Source: Octopus vulgaris
Lineage: Eukaryota
NCBI GenBank assembly: GCA_951406725.2
Contig: OX597814.1
Coordinates: forward strand, 80,972,001-81,036,000
Reading direction: 5' to 3'
DNA: 64,000 bases
Part shown: in pieces, positions 24,343 through 37,582 of the stretch
How positions within the stretch are numbered: position 1 is the first letter of the stretch
How the letters are laid out: every line of letters starts with the position of its first letter
Position numbers and translations under genes: made by a program
Notes under the pieces: generated by a model
The model's database searches: none
The model's input: only the letters and a program-made list of their open reading frames with translations
What the model was told of the DNA's origin: nothing

Positions 24343-24777
24343 CATCATCATCATCATCATCCTCATCATCATTATCATCATTTAGCATCCACTTTCCATG
24401 CTAGCATGGGTTGGACGGTTCAACTGGGGTCTGGAAGCCAGAAGGCTGCACCAGGCCCAGTCTGATCTGGCAATGTTTCTACAGCTGGATGCCCTTCCTA
24501 ATGCTAACCACTCTGTGAGTGTAGTGGGTGCATTTTACATGCCACCGGCACAGGTGCCAGACGAGGCTGGCAAACGGCCACGATCGGATGGTGCTTTTTA
24601 CATGCCACTGGCACGGGGGCCAGGCAAGGCTGGCAATGGCCACGATCAGATGGTGCTTTTTACATTCCACCGACACGAGGCCAGTCGAGGCGGCGCTGGC
24701 AACAGCCACGTTCGGATGGTTCTCTTACGTGCCACCGGCACTGGTATCACAGCTGCAATTTCCATTGATGTTGATCG

Positions 24778-24778
<1 letters not shown>
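24343..24778 (-). mobile_element. RTE-tailed SINE family C with internal ~61-bp minisatellite
   Basis: (CAT)n tail, 'ttccatgctagcatggg' stem-loop, conserved body, then 4 tandem units of 'ggtgcttttacatgccaccggcac..ggctggcaa.ggccacgatcggat'. CpG-rich, so young. Confidence 0.88.
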
Positions 24779-24810
<32 letters not shown>

Positions 24811-24889
24811 TGTATATATATATATATATATATATACATAGATGTATATATATGTATATGTATATATATAATATATATGTATATATATA

Positions 24890-24927
<38 letters not shown>

Positions 24928-26059
24928 TTATATATATACATATATATGAGTGTGTGTGTGTATGAGTAAGGAGAGTAGAAGATTAATTTCCTTACACATC
25001 TATAGGGGGAAACCTCTTTTACTTATATTTTCAGATAACTGTTATAGCCTTTATTTATAGTCAATACCTAACTGGACTTGCGTCTCTTTTTCTTATAATG
25101 ATAAATACGAATCTCCTTGATTCTATTCTGCTGTTTTCTTACTCAAGTTCTTCGTAAGAATTTTGTTTCTACTTCTTGCACTAAAGAGTACATTGATATA
25201 TAATTAATTTAATTTATTGAATTCAACCATGAATTTGCATAATTTCTATATCTCTGTACAAAACGATTGTCTGCATGAATTAAAATCCTCTTATATATTT
25301 TAACATCTTCTCTTCTCCATTTTAAACTAAATTGTTGAGTTTTATGGGATTTCTTTCCATACATTCACCACACATCATATACAAGTATTATTTTCATATT
25401 CATAAATTTATGCCTGTAAGCTACCAGCAAAATATGAAGAATCAATATTAGAAATTTTTTTTGTAAACCTCCAAATTAAAGAACAAATCTTATTCAACTT
25501 TTTTACTCCTACATATATATATGAATACAAGATTTAAAAAAAAATTCTCTTACTAGTTTTCTATCATACAAAAGTTTTTAGTTGATCATATGGATCCCAG
25601 TACTGATTTTAGTTGAACTCTTATCTGTTGAGCTGCTAAGTTTTGAGACTTAAAATGACACATCATCAATAAACTAATATAGACAAATAGTAAGTTACCC
25701 CACCACCACATGTGCATGTGTATGTTTTTTCCTGTGAATGTCTTTATGCTTGTTTTTCCATCTTAGTATGGATTAGACAAATATAATATTGAGGTATTGT
25801 TTTCTAGTGTTTTATCACTAACCTTTAACTGCTTTTCAAATAAGGGATATTTTATTCAACATGTCATTCAACAAGTACAAAGTCGCTGATGAGCCATAGT
25901 TGAGTTATTTTTGATGGACAAACACATCACACATCCCCTGGCTAGGCAATACAAATAATTTCACATGTACATATACATATGATGGACTTTGAACTTCTTA
26001 CCAAATTCACTCACAAGGCTTTGGCCAACATTCACACACACACAAATGTATATCATCTA

Positions 26060-26345
26060 TCATCTCCTTATGAAGGAGATGACAGAGGAACAAGATATAT
26101 GGGGCATCGCTGTACTCGAGAAGACCTGCCCACCACAACAGAATTGAAATCCTAAAACAAAGGTGACATGTAAAAGACACCCAGTACACTCTGTAAAGTA
26201 GTTGGTGTTAGGAAGGGCATCAAGTTGTAGATACCAAACCAAAACAAACAATGGAACTTGGTGCAGCCCCTGACCTTGCCAGTTCCTGCCAGTCATCCAA
26301 CTTATGCCAGCACAGAAAAAAGACAGTAAATGTTGAAGATGATAT
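26060..26345 (+). mobile_element. RTE-tailed SINE family C variant
   Basis: 'cacccagtacactctgtaaagtagttggtgttaggaagggcatc..tccaacttatgccagca..aatgttgaagatgat'. Confidence 0.75.
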
Positions 26346-26635
26346 ACTAAGTCTCTTTCTGTTTGTGCTTGCACTTATTTGTGATCCCATTACACTTCTT
26401 GTGCACCCATAGTTTATATTAGACATTGTGTATGAAATTCCTATCTACTTCTTTTCTTGTATACCACAGATGGTCAATTCTCAGATGGTAATACAATTCT
26501 GCTTTCTTTGCAGTCAGCCTTTGTTAGGTCTATTTTCATGTCTTTTGATTCTTGGCTTTGTATCCATGTTCGGAATTCCTTCTCTGAATCTTCAGCACAT
26601 TTCAACTACAGTTACTAGATCCTCAGTAAACAAGA

Positions 26636-26812
26636 ATACTTACAAGTAGTCAGTTTTAGCCTCTTCTGTTATAGTCTGGAGAACTAGAATAAAGAGGAGG
26701 TGACTGAGAACTATGTTTTGATGAAAACTTATCAGCTTACAAAATTCTTCATTGATTTCATAACAAATTCTTACCTTGCTAATAGCATCTCTGTACATGG
26801 CTTTTACAAATA
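26636..26812 (-). mobile_element. RTE-clade RT fragment
   Basis: ORF 26640-26822 'VKAMYRDAISKVRI..EEF....HQNIVLSHLLFILVLQTITEE.KT' is the G(V)HQGSVLSPLLF RT motif; homologous to 47045-47210. Confidence 0.8.
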
Positions 26813-27489
26813 TTACAAACAATTTATGTACTGTTAGTTTTCTTAGAAATCACCAGACTACAGAGTTAGTATATATGCATTATATATATAAATATATATA
26901 TGTATGTATATAGACAGACAGACAGACAGCTTAGTATTATAGATTTTCTATAAAATATAAAAACCTATGACAAATGGTTGTTTTATAATCTTGTGTTATC
27001 TCTGGTTTATTTTATCATCAGTGTGATAAGACATATGACCTATATGATACATTTATAGGCAATAAATAAAGACATTGATACACACTCACACACATACATA
27101 CACATGTGCTTGCATGTATGACACATATATATGTATATATCTATATATACACACACGCACACTTAATGTGGCAGTTCATATCAGTGTGGAAAACGCTTGT
27201 TATTCAAAGCAGAAATATGGTGACTCTGTAAAGTTGGTTAAATCTTATACTGTTGTTGCTGTTTAGCCCCAGGTCAGCCTTGATCAAGCATACTTTTAAC
27301 AGAAAGTATTTCAATAGTGACCATTATATCAAGGACTACAATTATTAATGTATTTTTATTTCATGATGATAGCGTGTTATTTAAAGAGATTTGACTGCTA
27401 ACTTTAGTGTATCAAGTGTTAGCATATATATTTGTAAATATGTTTTGCCACAGCAATTTATAGCACACACATGTGTGTGTGTTCTATAT

Positions 27490-27632
27490 GAGGTCGACTT
27501 TGCCTTTCATCCTTTTGGGGTCGATAAATTAAGTACCAGTTACGCACTGAGATCGATGTAATCGACTTAACCCGTTTGTCTGTCCTTGTTTGTCCCCTCT
27601 GTGTTTAGCCCTTTGTGGGTAGTAAAGAAATA
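27490..27632 (+). mobile_element. Nin/Deu-domain SINE, 5'-truncated young copy
   Basis: 'gaggtcgactttgcctttcatccttttggggtcgataaattaagtaccagttacgcactg..atcgacttaacccg..gtgggtagtaaagaaata'; retains CpGs. Confidence 0.8.
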
Positions 27633-30600
27633 TATATATATAGTATACACTATAGTGGAACAGTATCAGTGGCCATGTCGCAGTTAGTGTTATGTAAATT
27701 TTGGCAGCAAATAATAAATGTTTAGGTGAAGTTAACAGTTTTTAGGTATTATTGAATTGCTAATGTGTGTTTTCCATGATGTAATTGCTTTAGCTTCAAC
27801 AAATGGTCTCAGATTAAATCACTTGCCAGACAAGTATAAACCCTGCAATTGTAATATTTTATAGAAATACTGGAACAAGTAAGTGGTGTCATAAATATAC
27901 GAATGGCTTAAATGTGATTTGATGAAAGGTTTCAGTTTGAAATTCCAACAATATTATTGTAGATATGTGAAGAAAGTCAGAGGGTGTAACAGCTGAAAAA
28001 TTCTGTGACAACCAAGATCAGGATACTAGTCTGAATACTGTCCCTGCAAGCTTTCGCCACCTTCCTAATACCCATCTCTCATATTCCATATATCCATCCC
28101 TACATCACTCTTCTTACAGTGGCACTGCTGTAATGATATACTAGCATTATCTGCAAATATTTCTTCTTTTTGTGCCACCAGATATCTCACTCTCTATCTG
28201 GAACCATTTTTATGAACATATATCTCATTCTCAATGTTGTCCTCCATTCTAATTTCCACTGCTTACCTCTTTCTGTGCCTTCAGATATTTGTTCCCCTCC
28301 TCTGAGCTACACCTTAGGAAGTGCCATACATCATATTTAACACTCTCTTCTATTTGTTATCACTCTTAAAGCCTTGTCACATCTATCATCAATGCCCCCC
28401 TCTCACCTTTGTCCTCCACTCACTACAGTCACCCCTTCATACCTCTGAATACTATCTCTGTCCCTGAGCATCTTTCTCTTTCCGCTTTCCCACCTTGCAC
28501 ATCATCTCCCTATTTTCACATCTACAAGTTTATTATCCTGCTGCTTTCCTTCTTATACTGCTGCATTCATCTCCTTACTGAGCAATTTCTTTTACCTTTT
28601 CCCCCATACTAATACTTACCATCAACCACACCTCCATCCATTTGCTACATTTACTTTCCCCCTCCCATCTTTAACCACCTGTCACTCTCCTTTCACACAC
28701 CTATGAAGTTATTCACTAGCTCCTCCCCATCCTCAGTTTGTATTCTCTCAAATATTCCCTTTCTTGTGATTTGAGATAATGCTTTGACACCTTGTCCCCA
28801 AAATTTTATCTTTTTCCTATATAATGTGAGAGCAATATATCTCTTTTATTACAAGACACCTGTGCCTGTCTTGCAATCATACTTTAGCCCTTCAACACCA
28901 GTCATAGAATATCTACCTCAATGAATTCCATCTCACCAATCTAATATGGAAATTTGGTCATTGAAATGTTAACAGTAGCAATGGCTGTGATGGCAATGAT
29001 GACAACAATAGTGCTAACAGAAATACTAATTTCAACTTTTGGCTCAAGGCCAGCAATTTTGGGGGGAGGAGATAAGTTGATTAAATCACTCCAAGTTTTG
29101 AACTACTACTTGTTTTATTGACTCTAAGCACACTAAGTATTTTGCTAAGTGTGCAAACGATTCTGCCAGCTCAACACCTTAGTAATGACAAGAAAATATT
29201 ATAAATGTAAAGAAGAAAAGGGAAACTTAGAAACAGGTGAACCTGGTATTTTATGTATGTTTCCGATACATGTTTTGATCTAGAAATAACATGACATTGT
29301 TGCATATTTAAAGCAAAGGAGAAAACAGGACATTTTATAGATACCAATGTTTAAATGTTTTTTTTTATTGTCCTAGTCTAGACTTAACTTTATTTACATT
29401 TGAATCTCATTTAAAGTCTAAAAGCTGAATAAACTGGAAAAATCTTCCAACTAACTATATTTGAAATTCTCCACTGGGAGAACTATATTGAACAACTTAT
29501 ATAACTAACTTAATTTTTCATGCAAAACAAATTTCAATTGTCTTCAAAACTGTAAGAATTTTCTTGTCTTGTTTTCTTTATTTTCAAATAGAAACTAATT
29601 TCTTTTCCCAAAATACTTCAATCAATTTAAATCTGAATCTATTTAATGTTGGCTTTTTTTTAGTTCTGTCTAATCCAGTCTTTCTCATCAGAAACAGGTA
29701 TGATTGACTGAACTAATCACAGTTTATTATTATTAGTTCATTAACTCCCAGAGCAATAGAATAAAGAAAATACACTGATTCTGGCAGGAATTGAACTCAG
29801 AAACAAGTTTTTGTAATGTTGTTTGAGGTTCAGGGATGGCTGTGTGGTCAAGAAGTTTGTTTTGTAACTGCATGGCTTCAGGTTTGATCTGATTGTGTGC
29901 CATCTTAGACTAGTGGTTCTCAAACTGAAATTTGCAAGGCCTCTCACCCCTAAATATTTGTGAAAAGTTTTTGTGCCCTTCCTCCTCTTTATTAATAAGA
30001 ACAGAGTATGCAACCATGCTCAGTGTCCTGGACAAGTTTTAAAATTTTATAAGCCATCTTAGTTTTATTTATAATATTAATTTGTCTCCTTGTTTTTCAG
30101 TCTTCAGAGGCCCCATGGTCCTGTCTATGACAAAAACTAACCCTAGATTAGAGGACGGTGTTTTGAAATCACTCCAGGGTAATCATCCATTGAATTACTA
30201 AATGAAGGCCTGTTATCTTCTGTTGGGTTCACATCTGTGAGATGATGGTACTGCTGGTGTTATACATTCTAACATCATAGCCTTAGTCCAGTGTTGCCAT
30301 ATGTATATATATATGCCTGTAAGTTCCAGTATTCATAATACTGGAACTTATAGGTGTCCAGTGGTAGAAATTTCTTCAAATATTTAGTATCATCAAAAAT
30401 GTAATTAGTATGGAGTTGGGGCACATTCCTCATGGGAGCAGGTGTGAAAAGAAACAAAATTTCTCCTGGTATATGACATCTGTTAATTAAAGTGGCGGTA
30501 TGAAAAGAGTCTTTGACCCCTGATGATGAGAACCCTTACTACACTACTAAGTCTCATGTCATACAGGTTTGTGTTGAAAATCCAATGGAGTTAACTTACC

Positions 30601-33288
30601 TTTCTTTCAACCAATGTTACTGTATAGTCTCAGTGCAGCCTTAAGGGAGCATAATTTATAGACAAAAGCATTCTGAGCAGAACCATGCTATCTTTTTTTT
30701 TTTCTTTAGACAAACTATCTAGGACAACATTATGTGTCCTTCCCTTTTCTCATAATGATAGAATCTGATATAAGTGAGATTTGGCTACTATTTGTAGCTA
30801 AGTCAAACATTTTCATTTGGGTTGATAATAGAGGATTCAGTGATGTTGGAGATAAATTCAATCTACTTTATATCTTTCTCTGTTAGTTTTGCAAAATACG
30901 TTTTTAAATGAATTCTTAACTTATTGGAGATAAACTGAAATTATGCTGATTGACTAAGAAAGATGGAACTGTTGCTATGAGATATAAAATAACTGAGTCA
31001 TTATGACAAAACTTGTAAGAAAACAACTAAATCTCAATACGATATGCTAACATATACATACTCACACACACACACGCATATACTACACAGATAACACACA
31101 CATTTAAATATGTTTTCTGAGATTGGATGTCTCGTTTTTCAAGCAAAAAAATTGCAGCAGGAGATAGATTAACCTAGTCATCATAAAAGGGTTGATTAAA
31201 TATTTAAAGTGAGTGGGAGAAAAATTAAAGCACTGATCTGAAATAATCTTACTAGTTTAATTACAGTTAATAAGATTGAGAAGATATCATTTGTAGAAAT
31301 GATGTATGCAAATTGATCTCAGATGCTGGTGGTTTAGTTACCTGGCATTCATTGATGTAAAATATCATAGTTTGGAAATGCTTTATAGAGTTAAAATGAC
31401 TTCTTTATAAGAAAGGATCCATAACGGAGTTGAACTGGAAGAGAGATAAAAGAATAAAATAAAGCACAAACCTGTCTTATGGTTAATCACTCAGGGTAAA
31501 ATACAAACCTCCTTAATTTCACCTTTTCTTTACTCCCATTTTCTCAATCACTTTTTACACTCTCTACCTCTTCCCTCCATTTTTTCTTCCCCTCCTTCTC
31601 CCATATCCTATCCATCTCACTCTCTCTAATGAGTTAATGAATTAATAAGGGAAACTCAGAGTGGTTGCTTAATCTGCTGTAAATAACAGCTGAATGACAG
31701 ACACACTTATCATTTTTTAAATTCTCAAAAGAGCAAAGAACACATTAGATGTAGTTCTAATTATATTAAATGTGAAAAGAAACAAAAACATGAGAGAGTA
31801 ATGGTTGCCATGCCTTTCATCTTGGTCTGTTTGATCATGTTTGATTACAACATTTTGAATTTTTCATCATTTAGTTAGGGAGGGAGAGGCAAAGGTAGCG
31901 GCCACCACCCTTTATTTTTCAGGGACTTGAAAATTGATGGTTGAAAGAGAAAGGGAAATTGTACACTTGGTCCAGATGCTTGCCACACAATTAGTTCTGC
32001 TAAAGGTTCCCAAGAAGCAGAGGTGGTGTTGCAATACTGGGTGACAGGTTATGTCTACCACCCAAGAACATAGAACTCAAAGGACTGGAATAAATACCAC
32101 AAGGTATCTTGTCTAGGGTTCTTCTACCAATCTTCCACTGTGAACTAGTTACTTTTTGAACTTGAAAGGATGGAAATCAAAGTTGACCTCAGCAGGATCA
32201 AAACCTAGATTGCAGAAACGCAGAACAAATACCACAAGGCGTTATGTCCTAAACTCTAATGATTCTCCTAATTCAGTGAAATCATGTTCGTCCTTAAGGA
32301 TAATTGATGACTTGCACAGTGATTTTGTTTTAAAGTGATGAATTGCTCACCATTAACCTCATATATACTTGTGCATGACCAGCTTCAATCTAGTGAGAAG
32401 ACTAGGTGAAAATGAATGGGGATAAAAGTAGATGCAGTGGATGACTAAGATGTTTTGTGTAATCTTTCTCTCTGCACTCCACAATGTATTGCTGCAGCTA
32501 CTTTTCCCTCTGTTGAGTCATGAAAGGTTTTTTTTTTTCTGCAGAGTCCATCAGATCCAGGTTGCACATCCATAGGTAGGCAAGTCTTAGTATGCAAATT
32601 AACCTATAACTGGGACCCTGACAGATGCTACTACTCCAAGTCAGTGGTAGACTTGGGAACAATATTGACTAAGAAATGGTTCCTCTTTCTTCAAATACCC
32701 AGAACTCCCAAACCAGGGCCCCACTACTGGATGTAGTTTAGTCATACCAAGGACATAATCCACTGGCAAGTAATGACAACTACAACAGCAACATATCCTA
32801 AGTACCAGTAATACTATTGGGGCTTTTCCAGCAACTGTCTCTTTCTCTCTCTTCCTTTACAAAAAATATAGTCTTGTTGGCGTTGTTTATTCATAGCCAA
32901 GAGAAATCAATATTTAAAATTATATTAAATCCATTATAAATTGTTTGCAAAATTTAAAATAAAAATAAAAAATTACATAAATAATTAAATAATACAAATT
33001 AACTGGCAAAAATATTTAAAAGAAAGAACTAAAGCAATTTTTGAAGACTGTCAGGTAAATTGGACTGCAGCCAAATTTTGTTATTTTTGAGAACATAAAT
33101 TCATTATATTATTTATTTCTTCAATTATTTGTATATTTGTGTGTTTACTTCCGTTATTCATAATATACCAGTTCTTTGTTCTTTTGGCAAAGTTTACCAC
33201 AGAAATAAAATAATATTAATAATAATAAAAACAGAACAAAAGACAAAATTGGAAGAGAATATCTTTCTGATGAATAGATATTTATTGG

Positions 33289-33289
33289 A

Positions 33290-33358
<69 letters not shown>
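33289..33358. repeat. (AAT)n microsatellite
   Basis: About 23 perfect AAT units. Confidence 0.95.
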
Positions 33359-34914
33359 TCACCCCTCCTTTCACAGCTTATTAAGTCATAGGGAATTTTT
33401 CTTCTCAAATGGTTTCGGTAATAATTATAATGCTGTGCATTGTCTATGCTTATTTGCATGTGTATGTGTGTGCATGCATGCATGCATGCAAATGTATGGG
33501 TGTCTGTCTGTCCAATGTCCCATGTGAACCCAAATGTTTTAAAATGTTCACATAGGATTTACTTTTGAATAATGAACTTGTCTAAAGTAATTTTCAGAAT
33601 AAGGAACCTTGGTTTTGCATACACATGTGTGCAGTTTTACATACGTGTGTGTGTGTGTGTGTGTGTGTGTAGTATTGCTTTTAAGCAGCAGAACTTACAA
33701 AATGACACAAGGGCTGTCAGTTTTGTGCTTTGGTAAATTACAGTTCATGAAACTCTTGGCCCTTGAGTCACTTTGTTCCTTCTACCAACTAAAAAAAATA
33801 TATGTACACTCATGTTTCGAGTTCTGTTTTCCTGTTTCTAACTCTAAACTTATACATATATCTGTAATCAATACAAAAGACCTACTTACCATCTCACTTC
33901 CTTCTCTTTCTATTCTATTCTCCTATTTTAACCCTACTGTTCTTATTTTCTATGCTGGTGTATATAAGGACCTTCGTATTTCTTTGTGCTGTATTTTTGG
34001 TGGCATTTGTTCACATAACTGTTTTTATGCCCACATAACTGATGTCTGCCAATCTCATGAAACGCATGTATATCGAGTATTAATACTATGCTTTTTGGTG
34101 TTCCTTTTCAAGATCTATCTATCCACCCATCCATCCACACATATACCCACCTCTCCTTCTATTACACCTTCACTCAGTTGAGATAACATTTTTGAGCATA
34201 TAGTTGAATGCATACATATTTGAGACATGAAAGATCTTTACCATGCAGTATTGTTATGTTTTAAGTTAATTCCTTTAATCTAGTTGGGAAAGAAATTTAT
34301 TCTTTTGTTCACCTTTTCTATTTATCCTTTCTTGAATTTGGCCTTCAGATATTGATTTAAATCCATTCTATTTCATTGTCATTTTTTTTTTATTTGCACA
34401 TGCACACATGTATGTATGTGTGTTTCATTATTATCAAATGGGGAATTTTAATTTCTTTTCTTGTTTTTTTTTTCATTTTTCTCAAAATTGTAATAATACA
34501 TATATTCTTCTTAATTAGGAAACTGTGAGATGATTTCTCTTTCTGGTACCACTCCAACCACTAATAGCCATTTATGTTAAATTTGAGGTGTCCATCAATA
34601 CATTCCTACAACAAACCTTTCCCTACTCTTCCCATCATACTTTAATCTCTTTCAACATTAGCCTTGCAAATTACAAGGCAACTTCACAAATTATTAATAA
34701 GAGAGTTGAAATTAATGCATGCAAGAATTTACAACTCAAACATTACTCCTTCACAGTCAGCCTATGAACTTTTTGCAGCCCACCCTTGTATGTATTCAAG
34801 TAAAACTTATTGTGGCCTGAGGGATTACACTTGTTGTTTAGCTCTATGTAAATATGTTAGGATAGCTGTTGTTGAGCTCCATGTCAACTTTGACTGAGCA
34901 GAGCTGTGATAATA

Positions 34915-35020
34915 GTAATAATTGATATGACTGTCCCAATCAACAGAAACATAAACATAAAAGTATCTGTCAAATCCAACCAAAAACTGAGCAAGTATAA
35001 AGATCCTGAAATAGAAATTG
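34915..35020 (+). mobile_element. R4/Dong-like non-LTR retrotransposon fragment (restriction-like endonuclease region)
   Basis: Translation IIDMTVPINRNI..VSVKSNQKLSKYKDPEIEI matches the RLE motif 'IDxxVPxDxN...KxxKYxDLxxEI' of R4/Dong-type elements. Confidence 0.7.
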
Positions 35021-35021
35021 G

Positions 35022-35069
35022 CAACAACAACAACAACAACGACGATGACGATGATGATGATGATGATAA

Positions 35070-35155
<86 letters not shown>

Positions 35156-35159
35156 AGAA
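35022..35159. repeat. Compound trinucleotide microsatellite (CAA)n(GAC/GAT)n(AAG)n
   Basis: Directly visible; explains the poly-N/D/K ORF 34906-35232. Confidence 0.95.
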
Positions 35160-35163
35160 ACTT

Positions 35164-35198
35164 ATTGTATACAGTGCTCAGGTGTGCTACAATTCATC
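35164..35198 (-). mobile_element. Orphan 3' end of the CR1-group LINE
   Basis: 'attgtatacagtgctcaggtgtgctacaattcatc' vs 'attgtgtacagtgctcaggtgcactacaactcatc' at 59760-59794. Confidence 0.85.
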
Positions 35199-36031
35199 AG
35201 GAAAAAAAATAACATTTACCCAAAATGTCTAGCAGTAGGATCAAACACAACCTTGAATTTACAAACCAAACACGTTAACCATTCAGCCTCATTCAACAAC
35301 ATGAAAGGCATTCTAACCATGCCCACCCTCCTTTTTAGAAGCAGGAGGTATGTATGACTACTGTCACACAAGTGTCCTTTTTCTTTAGGGCAGTAAAATG
35401 TGAGTTGAGGGTGATTTGACTGCTATTTCTAGCATCATATTCGAGATTCAATGTTTAGTTACTGTAGCTGAAATATTCTTTTCTACTCTAGTAATAGTAG
35501 TAGTAGTTATAGTAATCGTGATCCTAATAGTATTGATAATAATGGTCTTGCTCCTGGTCATTGTAGCAGCAGCAACAGCAGCAGTAGTAGTGGTAGTAGT
35601 ATTAGTTGAATGCTATTGATTTATTGACAATCTGAAGTCTAAGTTCCATAGTTTCATGCCAAAAATTCCAAGACCTTTAAAAACTTTTGAAAAAACAATT
35701 TTTGGTAACAGACAAGAGATGCATCGGAAATTATATCAGAATCTATTAAAGGAAGTGCTTTTTCTTGAAAAAGCATATTTCTTAGATGTTTACATACTTC
35801 ATATGCATTCTTTCTTTTTTTTATCATTCATATTTATTTCCATTCTCTATATTTGTTTTTAAACCTAACCTGTTTACATAATATCAGACAGTCTCCTCCA
35901 GTAAGACATTATCTTCACAGACTGTTACAGAGTGACATGATATTACAAATGCACAATCAAACATGAAGAGAGGCAAACATGCCTGCTTACATGCACACAC
36001 ATAGAAATATATTTTATACATACATACTTAC

Positions 36032-36063
<32 letters not shown>

Positions 36064-37366
36064 GTATATATATATAGTACACACACACACGTGTGTGTGT
36101 ATATATGTGTGTGTATATGTGTATGTGTATATATGTGTGTGTATGTGTATATATGTGTGTGTATATATATGTGTGTGTATATGTATATATATATATATAT
36201 GTGTGTATTACATTATTACATTATATACGTACATGTGTGTGCGTGTGTGTTTGCTGATGACATTTCTAAAACTAATTTTGGAAGAGTTCAAAACTAATTC
36301 TGAAGACTTATTTTATATTTCATATACTTGTTTATATCTGTGTGCAAAGTTAAGACATTCACTGAACTTTCACATGATTCTTGGTTCAATCCCAGTGCAT
36401 GGCAACTTAAGTATGTGACTTCTACCAAAGTCTTGGATAAACCAAAGCATTGTGAATTATATTGGCTTGGCAGAATCTGTGCGGAGCCTGTCAGATATGT
36501 TAAATATATATATATATTTATATACATATATATATATATATATAAGGTAGTACTCCACTATGACCACAGTCAAATGACTGAAACAAGTGAAAGAATAAAA
36601 TAATATATTTCACTTAGGCATTGTGATTCTGATAGCTTGGTGTAGAACGTATATACGTATGCTTCTGGATGAAGCCTTAGTTAAGTACAGAGCAGTAATA
36701 AGAAAGAAAAAGACAAAGGGATATATGATGATCTCATGAACTTCATTAGCTTATAGCTGTTTTCACTATAAGATGTGGTGGACTTGTAGTTGAATCAACT
36801 TTGTGTCAACAAAGTTTAGTGCCAGATTTTGTAATGGAGCCAATATAATTAACTAAAAATTTTAAAAGTTTACCTCAGCATAGAACATAGATGTATAGAT
36901 GTTAACTGATGATAATGATGATATGCATATATATATATATATACTGTTGTGTCTGGGGAGAGTCATTTTCTTTTTGTGCCTTATAATGTAACACACTCAC
37001 CGGTAAAATTTCCACTTATTTCTTATTTTTATTTTCCTAAAATTTTCATTGCATCTTGCAACCTTTTCAATAGTCTTGACTCTCTCTATATATATGCATG
37101 TGTATCTAAAATCATCTCATATATTAATGTAATATGTAAAAACTTAGAGGAAATACTACAAATATCAATTTGAAGTTATGAAAAAAAATTTTTTATATCT
37201 GTAAAACTATGGCAGCATAGTTTCAATTTATTTCATTTGTAATTCAAAGAAAGAGGAAAAGCAAGTAGCTGGAGTTATTTTCTTGCCTTCTTTCATTGAG
37301 ACAAAGGTGAGAGCAATGAATGAGATTACTGCAGTTAATGTTAAGTTTGAACTGTCAAATATTAAT

Positions 37367-37582
37367 CCTTTCTACTATAGGCACAAGGCCTGAAATTTGG
37401 TAGGAGAGGGCCAGTCGATTAGATCAATCCCAGTGTGCAACTGGTACTTAATTTATCAATCCTGAAAGCATGAAAGGCAAAGTCGACCTCAACGGAATTT
37501 GAACTCAAAACATAAAGACAGACGAGATACCACTAAGCATTTTGCCTGGCATGCTAATAATCCTGCCAGCTTGCCGCCTTAC
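37367..37582 (-). mobile_element. Nin/Deu-domain SINE family B, full length
   Basis: 'ctggtacttaatttatc..atgaaaggcaaagtcgacctcaacggaatttgaactc..tgccagcttgccgcctt'; the reverse complement has a tRNA-like head 'aaggcggcaagctggcagga'. Confidence 0.85.

Noticed and set aside
24527-24742. CRISPR-like repeat-spacer appearance
   Set aside because: The 'spacers' are homologous to each other, the array lies within a SINE, the context is eukaryotic and there are no cas genes.
33046-33059. Partial miR-8-like string (ACTGTCAGGTAAA)
   Set aside because: No seed match or hairpin; expected by chance.
33609-34181. 190-aa hydrophobic ORF
   Set aside because: Starts at a non-ATG codon, crosses a (TG)n tract, reflects T-rich strand bias and has no recognisable motif.
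34906-35232. 108-aa ORF with poly-N/D/K tracts (and a protamine-like poly-R frame)
   Set aside because: Chimera of an R4/Dong fragment, a compound triplet microsatellite and an antisense CR1 tail.
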